From positions 32,001 to 96,000 of IMG/VR virus record IMGVR_UViG_3300033121_000719: a DNA stretch of 64,000 nt; one strand, 5' to 3'. Origin of the DNA: a virus. Its lineage: Duplodnaviria > Caudoviricetes. A model generated the notes under the pieces. The model saw nothing but the letters and a program-made list of their open reading frames with translations, did not search any database and was not told the origin of the DNA. This document shows, one piece after another, positions 39,443-49,851 of the stretch (positions are counted from its first letter, which is position 1; each line of letters opens with the position of its first letter). The translations under genes were made by a program, and so were the position numbers.

Positions 39443-40238
39443 ATTCTTTATATATCTCCCTATAGATTTTTTGAATTTCATATACTTTAGTGCATCCAAA
39501 CACCTTTAGAAAGTGATCCCTTACTCCGCTCTCTATTTGAGAGGGACTGTTTCTTCTATAAAGATTTAATTCATCAATTTCTTTTTTGAACGCAATATAT
39601 GACGGCATTTTTTGTTTGGGACTATTTATTTGTCTCCATGTAAACTGAGTTATATAATTGATAATCAAATTGTTTTTATAAGGAGTAATAAGTGTCTTTT
39701 CTGTATTTTTTAAATACGCTCTTAATTGTCCTCCACCAGATTTGTTTGGATTATTTAAATTTTCTAATATTTCTTTTTTAAATCTTTCTGGTGTTTCATC
39801 TTTTCTAAATTTAATAGATTCTTTTTTGCCATCTCCAGTTATATCAAAATCAAATCCCATTATTACAGCGTCACTTATTATTTTTGGTCTGCAAAAAATA
39901 AATGGATAAATTGTTTCTATGTGAGTTTTTCTACAGGATTTTATTTCAGTCATCAATAATCCAATATTGTGTCTTGTTTCTTGTAGAGATAGTTGAGGAA
40001 TCTGTGTAATTATTTGTTCTATTCCACTATTATCACAAACTATTTTAGAATATTTTAAATCCCTAGATAATGGATTCAAATAAAATGTTTGACAAATAAA
40101 ATTTTTTTCTAAATTTTTTAATGAAAAAAATAAAACCAAAGAATCCATTCCTGCTGAAAAAAATAAATCTACTTTATCTCTTCCATTTGTTTCTTCTGAC
40201 ATTGTTTGCAATAGAATGTCTCTATATTCTTCAAACAT
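39432..40238 (-). CDS. Asparagine synthetase-like (adenine nucleotide alpha-hydrolase) amide ligase domain
   Basis: LFFSAGMDS PP-loop; MG.D.D..G; TPY; K.P...AFK; Q.ESG. Confidence 0.7.
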   Translation of the reverse strand: MFEEYRDILLQTMSEETNGRDKVDLFFSAGMDSLVLFFSLKNLEKNFICQTFYLNPLSRDLKYSKIVCDNSGIEQIITQIPQLSLQETRHNIGLLMTEIKSCRKTHIETIYPFIFCRPKIISDAVIMGFDFDITGDGKKESIKFRKDETPERFKKEILENLNNPNKSGGGQLRAYLKNTEKTLITPYKNNLIINYITQFTWRQINSPKQKMPSYIAFKKEIDELNLYRRNSPSQIESGVRDHFLKVFGCTKVYEIQKIYREIYKEYVA

Positions 40239-40250
40239 TATTATTTTCTC

Positions 40251-40967
40251 CTATTTTATAGCAACATAACCTTCAAAATTCATCCATCTCCAAAAAGTAT
40301 CAACTTTCTTAAAACCAGCCTGCCTAAGCATATCTTTATTCCAATCTGATGTCATTGGAACAAGCACACCTTCAAGAGATAATCTTTTTCTATCAATTTG
40401 TTCTTGAGTATATCCATTGTTTGATTTCATTTTTAAGTATTCATTAACCATAATTTCATTTAATTGACTACAATTTCCAAGAACTTTTTCAACCATGATA
40501 AAACATCCATTGGAAGATAAATTATCATAACATTTTTGAATTACTTCTTGTCTATATTCAATTGGAACAAATTGAATTGTAAATACTGACATGATAAGAG
40601 TATAAATATCAACTGGAAAATCTACCCTTAAATCAAGATTATTAATTGAAACAATCCCAGTTTTTATGTATCCTTGATAAGATGTTCTTGCTTTTTCAAG
40701 CATTGGTTCTGATACGTCTATTCCTTTAAATCTAGCTTGTGCCCCATATTTATTTACAAATTCATGTAGATTTAATCCGTCTGAACATCCTAAATCCAAT
40801 ATGACTTTATTTTTACTTTTATCTAAAAAATAACACCCAATATCATAAACAGTCTTTCTCATTACTCCGTATTGAGGTATTGATCTTGACAACATATCCT
40901 CAAATACTTCAGTAACTTTTTCATCAAAAGTCCATTTACCTTCTGGCAAAGTTTCGTCCCTATTCAT
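40251..40967 (-). CDS. CmoA-like carboxy-SAM synthase
   Basis: WTFDEKV..VFEDMLSRSIPQY, LDLGCSDG, FTIQF, MVEK, GY...I..KR.SLE.VL match CmoA hallmarks. Confidence 0.85.
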   Translation of the reverse strand: MNRDETLPEGKWTFDEKVTEVFEDMLSRSIPQYGVMRKTVYDIGCYFLDKSKNKVILDLGCSDGLNLHEFVNKYGAQARFKGIDVSEPMLEKARTSYQGYIKTGIVSINNLDLRVDFPVDIYTLIMSVFTIQFVPIEYRQEVIQKCYDNLSSNGCFIMVEKVLGNCSQLNEIMVNEYLKMKSNNGYTQEQIDRKRLSLEGVLVPMTSDWNKDMLRQAGFKKVDTFWRWMNFEGYVAIK

Positions 40968-41319
40968 TGTTTTTATTTTCCTTTCTTTTTATAACTGCAT
41001 TATAATTATCTAATTTCATTTTATTCTCCTTTTATTCATCTTCATCATCAATGCTTGTTAAAATGTAATTTCCTTCACCAAATGCTTCATCACAAATTTC
41101 AACTACGTAGTCTGACATTTTATTCCTCCTTTTTACCAAGGTTCTCCGTACTCGTCATAATCAAATTCATCATCTTCCTCTATTTTTAAATTATGAGGAC
41201 GATATACTTTAGTAATTACACAATCCCTTGTGTATGGATGATTATTTAAAAACTCATCCATTTGATTGGGTGAAATGCCCATAGAAACAGCAGTTTTAAA
41301 AATAGATTCTACTTTTCCA

Positions 41320-41622
41320 CTACTTTTTGTCATTGTCTATGTCCTTGTTTTTTATTTTTGTTATTAATATCTCTAACCTTAGTAATAATCTTTGGATTTT
41401 AATGTCAACTCTTTCCATTAGATTCAATGATTCATAATTATAACAGTCAGTAAAAAATTCTTTATCACCAATATATTCACTAATATATCCAGTAACATAC
41501 TGGTATCCATAGTGTTTATCTGGACAATTATAAGATTCTTCCATTAAACACCATCCATCCAGTACTTCTTGGTAATGATCCATTTCTTTATTGCAAACTG
41601 GACAATTCATATTAAAAACCAA
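41320..41622 (-). CDS. Hypothetical protein (Cys motifs)
   Basis: ORF track; CPVC. Confidence 0.4.
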   Translation of the reverse strand: MVFNMNCPVCNKEMDHYQEVLDGWCLMEESYNCPDKHYGYQYVTGYISEYIGDKEFFTDCYNYESLNLMERVDIKIQRLLLRLEILITKIKNKDIDNDKK

Positions 41623-41750
41623 ATATTTTCATTACAGCAAATATCTGTAATAATGAGATTAAAATTCCAATAATAATTATAGCGTAAGACATAAATTTGA
41701 TTTGTTTATATCTCTTGAACATCATACCTCCTATAAAAATGAATTTTATC

Positions 41751-42296
41751 TTAAATAATTTTGTGACATAACCCAAGTTTTAAAGCATCTTGCGCTGGAA
41801 TAAACCAATCCGCTTTTCTTTCTTTATAAGAATTTAATTTTTCTTGCATGATGTTTGAGTTTTCTGTAATTATGTTGTCATATAATACTTGAAGTCTTTC
41901 CATTTCAGATACTTCTTGCTTGATTCCTTCTAGTTTATCTCCAATAAAATTTGAAACTTCATGATATAAGAGTGTAGCGTTTTTGCCCATATACCTATTC
42001 TTTGATGCCATAAATATCCATAACCCCATGCTCATAGCTCTTCCAAAACAATATGTATGAATTGGGGTGGAATTGTTAATAATCAAATCAACTAAAGATA
42101 ATCCGTCATAAACACTTCCTCCACCAGAATTTATATATAGACAAATTGGCTCCATTTTAAAGTTTCTAAATGTTTCAGCCTTACATTTATCATCATACGT
42201 AATGTCAAAAATCTTGTTAACAACACCGTCTATCGTAGAAGCATTGATATATCCAGACAAAAATATATTTTTGTTTTTTGAAATATCTTCCCACAT
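41751..42296 (-). CDS. ClpP-like serine protease (S14)
   Basis: LYINSGGGSVYDG, AMSMG, LLYHE, DWFIPAQDALKLGL. Confidence 0.85.
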   Translation of the reverse strand: MWEDISKNKNIFLSGYINASTIDGVVNKIFDITYDDKCKAETFRNFKMEPICLYINSGGGSVYDGLSLVDLIINNSTPIHTYCFGRAMSMGLWIFMASKNRYMGKNATLLYHEVSNFIGDKLEGIKQEVSEMERLQVLYDNIITENSNIMQEKLNSYKERKADWFIPAQDALKLGLCHKII

Positions 42297-42415
42297 ATCT
42301 TATTCTCCTTTATAAATTCGTACTTTTATTGGTTTTTTATACACCGTATATGGGGGTGTAATATAACTTAACCCCCATATATACAGGTGGTTAAACACAT
42401 AAAATATTTGTTTTA

Positions 42416-42733
42416 TTATAAAACTGTATTTTCATTCCCAATTCTATCACAATCATCACATAAAGTCAATAACCAACTACCATTACGCAATCTTCCTTCT
42501 TTACCACATCTTTCACAGGTTATTGCGCTTTTATTTTCTGCTTCCTGAATTAGTTTATCAAACTCAGGAGTAGACCAATTGACATATGCTCTCAAAGTAC
42601 CAAATTTCTCTTTTATTTGAACAAATTTTATATCATCAGGTTTGTTATCGTATAGAAAATTAATAATACCAGACCAACCAATACCAACACAATTTAAAGC
42701 ATCTTCTCTATCAATATCTCCATATCCACTCAT
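42416..42733 (-). CDS. Conserved phage hypothetical protein
   Basis: GW..I, QIKEKFGTLRAY, CERCG, TLCDDC. Confidence 0.65.
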   Translation of the reverse strand: MSGYGDIDREDALNCVGIGWSGIINFLYDNKPDDIKFVQIKEKFGTLRAYVNWSTPEFDKLIQEAENKSAITCERCGKEGRLRNGSWLLTLCDDCDRIGNENTVL

Positions 42734-42903
42734 AGTTCAGTCTCCTGTAATTCTTGATACACACAATTTATTGTTTCATTTGTGCTTGCATCAACAGCAA
42801 CAAGATTTGATTCTGGTTCTAATTCTTCAAAAGGAACCAATGAAAAATACCATTCAGATTCGTCATCGTCTTTGTGTAAAAATAGTTTCATAAAACGCTC
42901 TTT

Positions 42904-43149
42904 TCATTTATTATCGTCATAAATATAGCACATATCATTTGTATTAGGACAAAAATAAAAACCATGATAAGGTAGATTCATATTTGTATCAAGAACTTTT
43001 AGATACTCGTTTACCTCATGAGATTCTCCGCAAGACTGACATTTGTCAATTTTTATCCACTTTAAAGCATGCGTACTTTCACTTAGTTTAATTCCCGTTT
43101 TAGCGTCTCTCAATGTTATTATAGCTGAATTGATTAAGAATTTTTTCAT
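42904..43149 (-). CDS. Hypothetical protein
   Basis: ORF; stop codon lies inside a junction site. Confidence 0.5.
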   Translation of the reverse strand: MKKFLINSAIITLRDAKTGIKLSESTHALKWIKIDKCQSCGESHEVNEYLKVLDTNMNLPYHGFYFCPNTNDMCYIYDDNK

Positions 43150-43334
43150 TTTAAATACACTTGTTCAACGACATAATTATAGTCAGGACTTGTATCTCTG
43201 TCAACAAAAATAGACGCTACTTCTGATACTTTTTCATCTTGAGAAATATGTTTTACGTCACTCTCTCCATAACCAGCTATAATTAGGTCTACAATCTGTA
43301 CATACAGCTCATTTAGTTTCATAAAACTCTCCTT

Positions 43335-43526
43335 TTATTTTCTATAATCTTTCACAATTTTATATTCACCTTCTCGCAAATAACACCACCTATCAAAACC
43401 ATCGTAATAATAAATAGTATTGTCTTTATCTATTTCTTTTACTAAAACAATCTCTCCAACACCATTCCCAAAACAAATAGTTGTTATTTCTGCTCTTAGA
43501 ATTGTTTTGCCTCTTTTTTCTCTCAT
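43335..43526 (-). CDS. Hypothetical protein
   Basis: Start and stop both lie within junction sites. Confidence 0.55.
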   Translation of the reverse strand: MREKRGKTILRAEITTICFGNGVGEIVLVKEIDKDNTIYYYDGFDRWCYLREGEYKIVKDYRK

Positions 43527-43538
43527 AAAACTTTTCTT

Positions 43539-43823
43539 TTATTGTAATAAAAGTCCTTTTTTATACTTCTTAAACTTCGCTTTTGAATCAGGTACAAGTT
43601 TCTTTTCATGCTGTTCATGTTCCCATTCAAAGATTTCTTCGCAAAGCGCACAACCAGCGTGTCCATTACAGCTATTATTCCCACATTGAGGACATATCAC
43701 CATTGGGCCTTCGCAATAATCACACCATGACCATTCAAATTGTTTATCATTCATGTTTTCTTGCAACATTTTCCCACCTTCAATAGCAGACGATAATAAT
43801 TTTTTAAATATTTTATTTTTCAT
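43539..43823 (-). CDS. Cys-rich hypothetical protein
   Basis: CDYC, CPQCGNNSCNG..C..C. Confidence 0.55.
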   Translation of the reverse strand: MKNKIFKKLLSSAIEGGKMLQENMNDKQFEWSWCDYCEGPMVICPQCGNNSCNGHAGCALCEEIFEWEHEQHEKKLVPDSKAKFKKYKKGLLLQ

Positions 43824-44054
43824 AATCTATCCTATAAAAGAGCGTTTTTATTACTCATATTTATAAAAAACAGCAACAACAAATCGTGAATTAATATCCA
43901 TAACTACACGATTATTTTCATCATAAACAAGGTATTGTTGATTGGTTGTATAATCTATTCTAACATGATTATCTTCTTTTGCATAGATATAACCCAAGTC
44001 AAGAACATATAACGATTCTATTTTCCACATATTTTCTCCTATAAAAGTACATTT

Positions 44055-44321
44055 TTATTCATCTAAAATTGATTCAATGCAAGTCTTTTTGTGACCTTCT
44101 GTTCTCATATTGTTGCCACACTTTTTACAGGTGTTGTAATAATGATCTTCGCCTTCCATTCTCCAAACAATGTTTCTTATTTCGTCTAAAGTAAATTTGC
44201 CCTTCATATAAACAACTATGTCAGAATCCTCATTTTTTATATCAACTACATTTTTATCAAAATGCAAATTGAAAAATTCTTTTAATCCATCACCTGTTTC
44301 TTCTGGTGTTCCTCTTAGCAT
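44055..44321 (-). CDS. Hypothetical protein
   Basis: AGGAG RBS; bounded by junction sites. Confidence 0.55.
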   Translation of the reverse strand: MLRGTPEETGDGLKEFFNLHFDKNVVDIKNEDSDIVVYMKGKFTLDEIRNIVWRMEGEDHYYNTCKKCGNNMRTEGHKKTCIESILDE

Positions 44322-44345
44322 ATTTTCTCCTATAAAAGATAGTTT

Positions 44346-44708
44346 TTATTTTATTTTTGCAAATTCTACACACAAAATATTTTTTATCTTGAATACATTT
44401 TTGAATTCCATATTAGGATAGGCTTCAGACTTTACGGCAACTTCATAATTTAAAAATTCATAATCTTTGTATTGTTCATCATATAAAAATATTGTGCCAA
44501 AAAATTCGTTGTTGACAGCTTTAGTAACTTTTGTTATAACGCCTATTACAATGGACTTATCATCTTGAGGTACGTTATCATGTACTAAATTAATTACAAC
44601 AGGAATATCTTTTAATTTATCCGCTATTTCAGAGTATGTACTACTAATCCATATATTAGGATTATTCATATCAAATATTTTTTTATCTTTTACTGTTATT
44701 GATTTCAT
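44346..44708 (-). CDS. Hypothetical protein
   Basis: AGGAG RBS; bounded by junction sites. Confidence 0.55.
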   Translation of the reverse strand: MKSITVKDKKIFDMNNPNIWISSTYSEIADKLKDIPVVINLVHDNVPQDDKSIVIGVITKVTKAVNNEFFGTIFLYDEQYKDYEFLNYEVAVKSEAYPNMEFKNVFKIKNILCVEFAKIK

Positions 44709-44775
44709 ATTTTCTCCTATGAAAAGTATAATCTATTACCTGTTAATCACGATTTTAGGCGTTTAAGTATAATTA

Positions 44776-44803
44776 ATTATACTATATTACTTTTGTTTGT
44801 CAA
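44776..44803 (-). promoter_or_regulatory. Sigma70/SigA-type promoter within the accessory region
   Basis: TTGACA-N16-TATAAT. Confidence 0.65.
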
Positions 44804-44959
44804 CCCATTCAACAAGTCTTTTCAAATCATCAATCAACTCTTGAATTTCTGATATTGACATTTTGCACAACAACGAATTATCTGGTGATCCAATATCAAT
44901 CAATAAGTTACATTGCGTCTCACCATCTACAATATCCGTGATGTTATAATCAACAAGTT

Positions 44960-45208
44960 TCATCCCTTAACTCCATTTGTGTAAATAATATACCCTTTAT
45001 TTGTTCCATGACCACAACATGCAGATATGGCGTCTTTTATATAGCCAAAACAGGCATCATATCCTTCTGGTGTTGGCGGTAATCCACAATATTTACAAAC
45101 TCTCAAATCGTTCCAATTAACGGGATCATTGTTATCTGAATATTTCCAAAGCCTGTCTGTTTCGTCAAAATAAATTTCATAACCTCTTGAATATGACGTT
45201 GCAGTCAT
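44960..45208 (-). CDS. Conserved phage Cys-rich protein
   Basis: C..CG.PPTPEGYDAC.G......ACCGHG. Confidence 0.6.
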   Translation of the reverse strand: MTATSYSRGYEIYFDETDRLWKYSDNNDPVNWNDLRVCKYCGLPPTPEGYDACFGYIKDAISACCGHGTNKGYIIYTNGVKG

Positions 45209-45217
45209 TTTTCTCCT

Positions 45218-45526
45218 TTACGTATAAACAACACCATAAATAGTGCCTGTTTCTGGAACAACCACAATAACAACACAATCATTTCTTCCATCGTAAAACA
45301 TTTTCTTATATCTTTCTGCTCTTTCATCATCAACAATAACTTTATGTATACCAAAGAGTTCATGACTATTAAACTGTTGTATAAACGTAAGTTCATCACA
45401 TACAATGTAAGAATTTTTACACCCATTCAATGATTCAATTCTTTTTAAAAGTTGATACGTACTAGTATAACTAAATCCGTAAATTGAATGGTAATTATCT
45501 GATATAAACTTTTCGTTATCGTACAT
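45218..45526 (-). CDS. Hypothetical protein
   Basis: ORF with GGGAG RBS. Confidence 0.45.
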   Translation of the reverse strand: MYDNEKFISDNYHSIYGFSYTSTYQLLKRIESLNGCKNSYIVCDELTFIQQFNSHELFGIHKVIVDDERAERYKKMFYDGRNDCVVIVVVPETGTIYGVVYT

Positions 45527-45757
45527 TTTTCTCCCAATAAATCTAATTTTTTATTTCTTTTAAGATTAAGATAAAAACAATACATTGCCTTTATCTTCAT
45601 ACCAATCCCTAACCTCTAACCAATTATCAGCAGAAGTTTCAACTATCTCTTCGGAATCATTATCATACATGCAAACATCAATGTCTCCATATTTTAATTT
45701 TACACTATATAAAAAATCAATCCAATCACTAATTTTTGATTTCATAAAAATCCTCTT

Positions 45758-45973
45758 TTATTTCTTGAAAATAAACATACGATCATCATTAAAAATAATA
45801 TCTGCCATATCAGATTCAATAACAAGATTACCTTCAATATTTTTTTTAAAATAACAATAATCTTTTATAGCATCAATAACCTCTGAAACCCCTACAATAT
45901 CTAATAATTGATTTAATGCCTGAGTTCCAGAATAATCAGTATAATTAACTAACACCCTATCTAATTCGCTCAT
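45758..45973 (-). CDS. Hypothetical protein
   Basis: Start and stop within junction sites. Confidence 0.5.
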   Translation of the reverse strand: MSELDRVLVNYTDYSGTQALNQLLDIVGVSEVIDAIKDYCYFKKNIEGNLVIESDMADIIFNDDRMFIFKK

Positions 45974-45995
45974 AAAAAATAAATTTTATGTGGTT

Positions 45996-46901
45996 TTAAT
46001 TATATTTTATATTGATAAAATCCAAAACTTCACCCAATTTTAATTTATTTATACAATAATCCCATAATTTTGGATGAGTTAATTTCATTTTTTGAAATCT
46101 ATTCGGCTCATTCTCTGAATCAACACCAAACATACAAAACATACAGCCTGTTCTATCATAACCCATATCATAAATCTTAGAATATGGTAAATTATATTTA
46201 TGGATATATTCCCATATGTCTTTTTCTGTCCAAAAAGCTAAAGGTGTAGAATTAGGATTATTTTTATCAAACGCATTACAACCATATTTCATATAATTTG
46301 TTTTTCTTCTAAAACTTTCTTCAGTCATTACTCCAATAATTGGTTTTCTATTTGTTTCTTTTTCATATTGCTTCATTGGAAGTTTTTTCAAAATATTACA
46401 ACATATATGTGAAATTTTAAATGGAGCGTCAATTAAAAATTTCCATTTTTCACTTATTTTAAAATTGCCTTTATAACTTCCATTTAATCTTAAATCTTTT
46501 AATTTTTCAGAATTAGTATTTCGACACTCATATAAATATTGACTTTGTGTTTTACTGATAATTGGATATCCATATTGTTCAATTACTTGTTTAAAATTCA
46601 TCTTTGGTTTTACCCAAACAACATTGTCAATAGTTTTTACAAATTCTCTAATTTCTGGATATTCTAATCCTGTATCTGAAAATACAGCAGGAACTAATTT
46701 TGAATCTGGAATAAACGCTCTATTTCTAACTAAATCTAAAAGCACAGTAGAGTCTTTTCCACCAGAAAAAGCAACATAAACTTGACCATTATAATGATTA
46801 TACCATTGTTCTATTTTTTCACAAGACATATCAATCTTGTCTTGCAAAGGTAAAGATAAACGATATTGTAATTCTTCTTTAGTTACCTTGTTATCTACCA
46901 A
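45996..46901 (-). CDS. PAPS reductase family protein
   Basis: AFSGGKDST, DTGLEYPE, CC..LKK.P, PL.FW...DIW.YI, RTGCMFC. Confidence 0.85.
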   Translation of the reverse strand: MVDNKVTKEELQYRLSLPLQDKIDMSCEKIEQWYNHYNGQVYVAFSGGKDSTVLLDLVRNRAFIPDSKLVPAVFSDTGLEYPEIREFVKTIDNVVWVKPKMNFKQVIEQYGYPIISKTQSQYLYECRNTNSEKLKDLRLNGSYKGNFKISEKWKFLIDAPFKISHICCNILKKLPMKQYEKETNRKPIIGVMTEESFRRKTNYMKYGCNAFDKNNPNSTPLAFWTEKDIWEYIHKYNLPYSKIYDMGYDRTGCMFCMFGVDSENEPNRFQKMKLTHPKLWDYCINKLKLGEVLDFINIKYN

Positions 46902-47074
46902 ATACTCCTCCTTAAAAACCCAATAAAAGGTAAATTTTATTTAATTAACCCTTAATTTCTTTCACTTTTTTGTTAGTTCTTCAATTTTCTTATTGTTTTT
47001 ATCAATTGATTCGTCAATTCTTGCTATTATTATCTCTAACTTTATCAATATTTTATTGAGAAAAAGTATCATAA

Positions 47075-47257
47075 TTAGTCACCATCAAAAAACAGTACCT
47101 TTACACAAAAGATGATAAACAATAATACACAACAAATAAGAATAAAAACAAAAATAAAAAATGTAATATATGGAAAAAACCACACTATCAAAGACAACAA
47201 AGATAAACTTCCTAAAACTATTACACTTGATGTAATCCATTTCATCTTTTCGCTCAT
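47075..47257 (-). CDS. Small membrane protein
   Basis: Two hydrophobic segments. Confidence 0.5.
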   Translation of the reverse strand: MSEKMKWITSSVIVLGSLSLLSLIVWFFPYITFFIFVFILICCVLLFIIFCVKVLFFDGD

Positions 47258-47943
47258 AATTTATCCCTCAAATTTCTTAATCTATTCTCAGCTAATTTAA
47301 AAACCTCAGTGTCATACTCAACCCCAACAAAGTCTCTGTCGTTTCTGATACACCATTCTCCAGTTGTTCCTGAACCAAGAAAAGGATCAACCACTAAGTC
47401 TCCAATATCAGTAAAGGGAAACAACAAACGGTCAATAAGCTCTATTGGTTTTTGCCATCTTATACAATGTCCATCTTCTTTTTTTATTCTTTCTTTAGCA
47501 ACCGTAGTCAAACAAATATCTGTTATTACACTTGTGGCAAGTTTAGTCGTTCTTCCACTTTTGTTTAGCCCCTTGCTTTTTGCTGTAGCCTTTTCAACTT
47601 GAACCCTATCAGGATAGAATTTAAATTTTTTGCCTTTACTAAAAATTAGAATATCATCGTGACATTGACGAAACCTATCTTTAGGAAAGTTACCAAACTC
47701 ATTTTTCCAGATTAACCAGTTTACAAAATTAGAATCCTCAAAAGATTGTAAATAACATTTAGCTTCTGCTACACTATGCCAATCTGTCATAATAATAAAA
47801 ATACCATTTTGTTTCAAAAATTTCCAATAGTGGTCAATCCATGAAAAATCTAAGTTCTCGTATATCATGTCAGCAAAAACACAATCAACGTATTGACCAG
47901 TAAAGTGTAGTGTCATATTGTCTATGTTGTAAATATTGTACAT
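47254..47943 (-). CDS. N4/N6 DNA methyltransferase (beta class), atypical catalytic motif
   Basis: FADMIY in place of DPPY; QKP..L; VVDPFLGSGTT. Confidence 0.75.
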   Translation of the reverse strand: MYNIYNIDNMTLHFTGQYVDCVFADMIYENLDFSWIDHYWKFLKQNGIFIIMTDWHSVAEAKCYLQSFEDSNFVNWLIWKNEFGNFPKDRFRQCHDDILIFSKGKKFKFYPDRVQVEKATAKSKGLNKSGRTTKLATSVITDICLTTVAKERIKKEDGHCIRWQKPIELIDRLLFPFTDIGDLVVDPFLGSGTTGEWCIRNDRDFVGVEYDTEVFKLAENRLRNLRDKL

Positions 47944-47969
47944 CTATTTTTCCTTATAAATTCATCATT

Positions 47970-48488
47970 TTATTTACTTATTTCTTCAAATATAATCTGT
48001 TTTGGCAACATATTTTTACAGATATACACACTTGAGAATGGAGGATTTAAACTTGGTCTTTGTTCTCCGTAATCTTTAAAATAAGCAATACGTCTATTTA
48101 AATACATTATTTCAAAATCATTATCCCTAAACATATTGAATCTTTTTTGACTTTCAAATAATCCTACAACTCCAACCAACATGGCAAATGGAATATTTAA
48201 TTCAAAAAGTCTAGCAAAAACATCACCCTTTAAAGAATAAGGAGGATTACTAATAATATAATCTATTTTTATTTGTGGTTGCCATTTGAAAAAGTCTTTT
48301 CCATCATTAAGATGAGAATATAATACAGTATTGTTTTTACCAATTGTTTTAACAAACAAACTATCCTGCGTATCAAAAGGACACCAAACTGTTGTTTTTG
48401 GTTTAATATATTTTAATAATGGAGTTATTGCGTATTCTGGTGTATAAAACTCATCATTGCCACTATCTGCCACTTTGTCCATTTTCAT
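47970..48488 (-). CDS. Small adenine-specific methyltransferase
   Basis: DEFYTP, VWCPFD, DFF, ISNPPYS. Confidence 0.8.
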   Translation of the reverse strand: MKMDKVADSGNDEFYTPEYAITPLLKYIKPKTTVWCPFDTQDSLFVKTIGKNNTVLYSHLNDGKDFFKWQPQIKIDYIISNPPYSLKGDVFARLFELNIPFAMLVGVVGLFESQKRFNMFRDNDFEIMYLNRRIAYFKDYGEQRPSLNPPFSSVYICKNMLPKQIIFEEISK

Positions 48489-48524
48489 TGATTGTTTATT
48501 CCTTTCTAAGAAACCTAATAAAAA

Positions 48525-48737
48525 TCACATTTCATTTCCAAAAATACTACCAAAACAATAATCACAACGTTGTAACTCATATTCTGGAATTTCACCATTT
48601 CTATAATCTTCAGCTTTGCTTGCAGGAATAGGAACATACACGTTATCTTTGTTTCTATAATATCCAAAACCAAAACATTCTGGACAATTTTCATAATGAT
48701 GCACTTCGCATTTTGTACATAATTTTAATTTCAACAT
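48525..48737 (-). CDS. Cys-rich hypothetical protein
   Basis: CxxC x3. Confidence 0.5.
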   Translation of the reverse strand: MLKLKLCTKCEVHHYENCPECFGFGYYRNKDNVYVPIPASKAEDYRNGEIPEYELQRCDYCFGSIFGNEM

Positions 48738-48762
48738 AATTCGTCCTTATGAAATTACCGTT

Positions 48763-48963
48763 TTATTCCATTAATTTTGCATCATCAATTAGTTTACATA
48801 AAATTTCTTTAGCAAATTCTTTACCCATTGTTTCAGTATATAATCTAATTTCTGGTTCACCGTATTCGTCACATCCAGAGACAATATCTAATTGCCCAAA
48901 GTAACCTTTGTCATCACTCCAAGATATACTTAATCCGTCTGAAATTGAAATTTGATAACTCAT
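48763..48963 (-). CDS. Hypothetical protein
   Basis: ORF; stop codon within a junction site. Confidence 0.5.
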   Translation of the reverse strand: MSYQISISDGLSISWSDDKGYFGQLDIVSGCDEYGEPEIRLYTETMGKEFAKEILCKLIDDAKLME

Positions 48964-48966
48964 AAT

Positions 48967-49809
48967 TTATTGTATCCCTTTTATATTTTCAGAAATATAT
49001 TTGTAAATTTTCCACATTGGTAAAACGGGAGTACTTGTTTGTAATACTTTCGATATGTCCCAATTTTTAACACAATTATATATTTCTTCTTTTTTGTTTG
49101 CATTATTGATTACAAAAATAATTTCTTTTTTATATAACTCATTTTTATCTAAAATTTGTCCACATTTAGCACCCCATGCACAAATTTTAAAATCATATTG
49201 TTTGTTTTTATAAATTTCAATAGAAGGAGAAGAAGGTGTTGATAAATTATGATCATCATATAAAACAAAATCTTTAAAACTATATCTCTGTTTTTTATTT
49301 AACCCTTTTTCTGGTTTTTTGTAAATATTAAAACAACAATGAATATCTCTATCTGTATAAATATTTTTACCCAAATCTTCGCTATAAATTAAATCAAATT
49401 CATAAAAAATATAAGTATTATTTAATTGACTAATTGGTAAAATAAAAGCAATATAATCTCCCAATTGATAACATTTTTTCATAAATTTTAATGCTTCATT
49501 TAACCTTGCACCAAAAGGAGGATTCCCAATAAATAATCTACCTTCTTTATATGGAAGATTTAACTCTAAGAAATCTTGCTTTATAATGGAATCATCCTCT
49601 GGTTCTAAATCGTAAGCAATACATCTTTTTATTTTTTTGCTAAACGCTCCATTGCCAGCAGAAGGTTCAATGACTTCCGTTATTTTTTCATTCTTTAAAA
49701 CTTCTCTTGCCTTATCAATACAATACTGTGCGGTTTTGTCTGATGTATAATATTTATCAAGATGTAATTTGTTTGAATTTTGTGTCAAATCTCGCTTAAA
49801 TTGTTGCAA
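48967..49809 (-). CDS. N6-adenine DNA methyltransferase (gamma class)
   Basis: DKYYT, IEPSAGNGAF, QDFL, GNPPFG, IAFILP; TTG start after AAGGAGGT. Confidence 0.85.
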   Translation of the reverse strand: MQQFKRDLTQNSNKLHLDKYYTSDKTAQYCIDKAREVLKNEKITEVIEPSAGNGAFSKKIKRCIAYDLEPEDDSIIKQDFLELNLPYKEGRLFIGNPPFGARLNEALKFMKKCYQLGDYIAFILPISQLNNTYIFYEFDLIYSEDLGKNIYTDRDIHCCFNIYKKPEKGLNKKQRYSFKDFVLYDDHNLSTPSSPSIEIYKNKQYDFKICAWGAKCGQILDKNELYKKEIIFVINNANKKEEIYNCVKNWDISKVLQTSTPVLPMWKIYKYISENIKGIQ

Positions 49810-49851
49810 AATACCTCCTTTTTGATTTAAAAACCACATAAAAATGGGATT

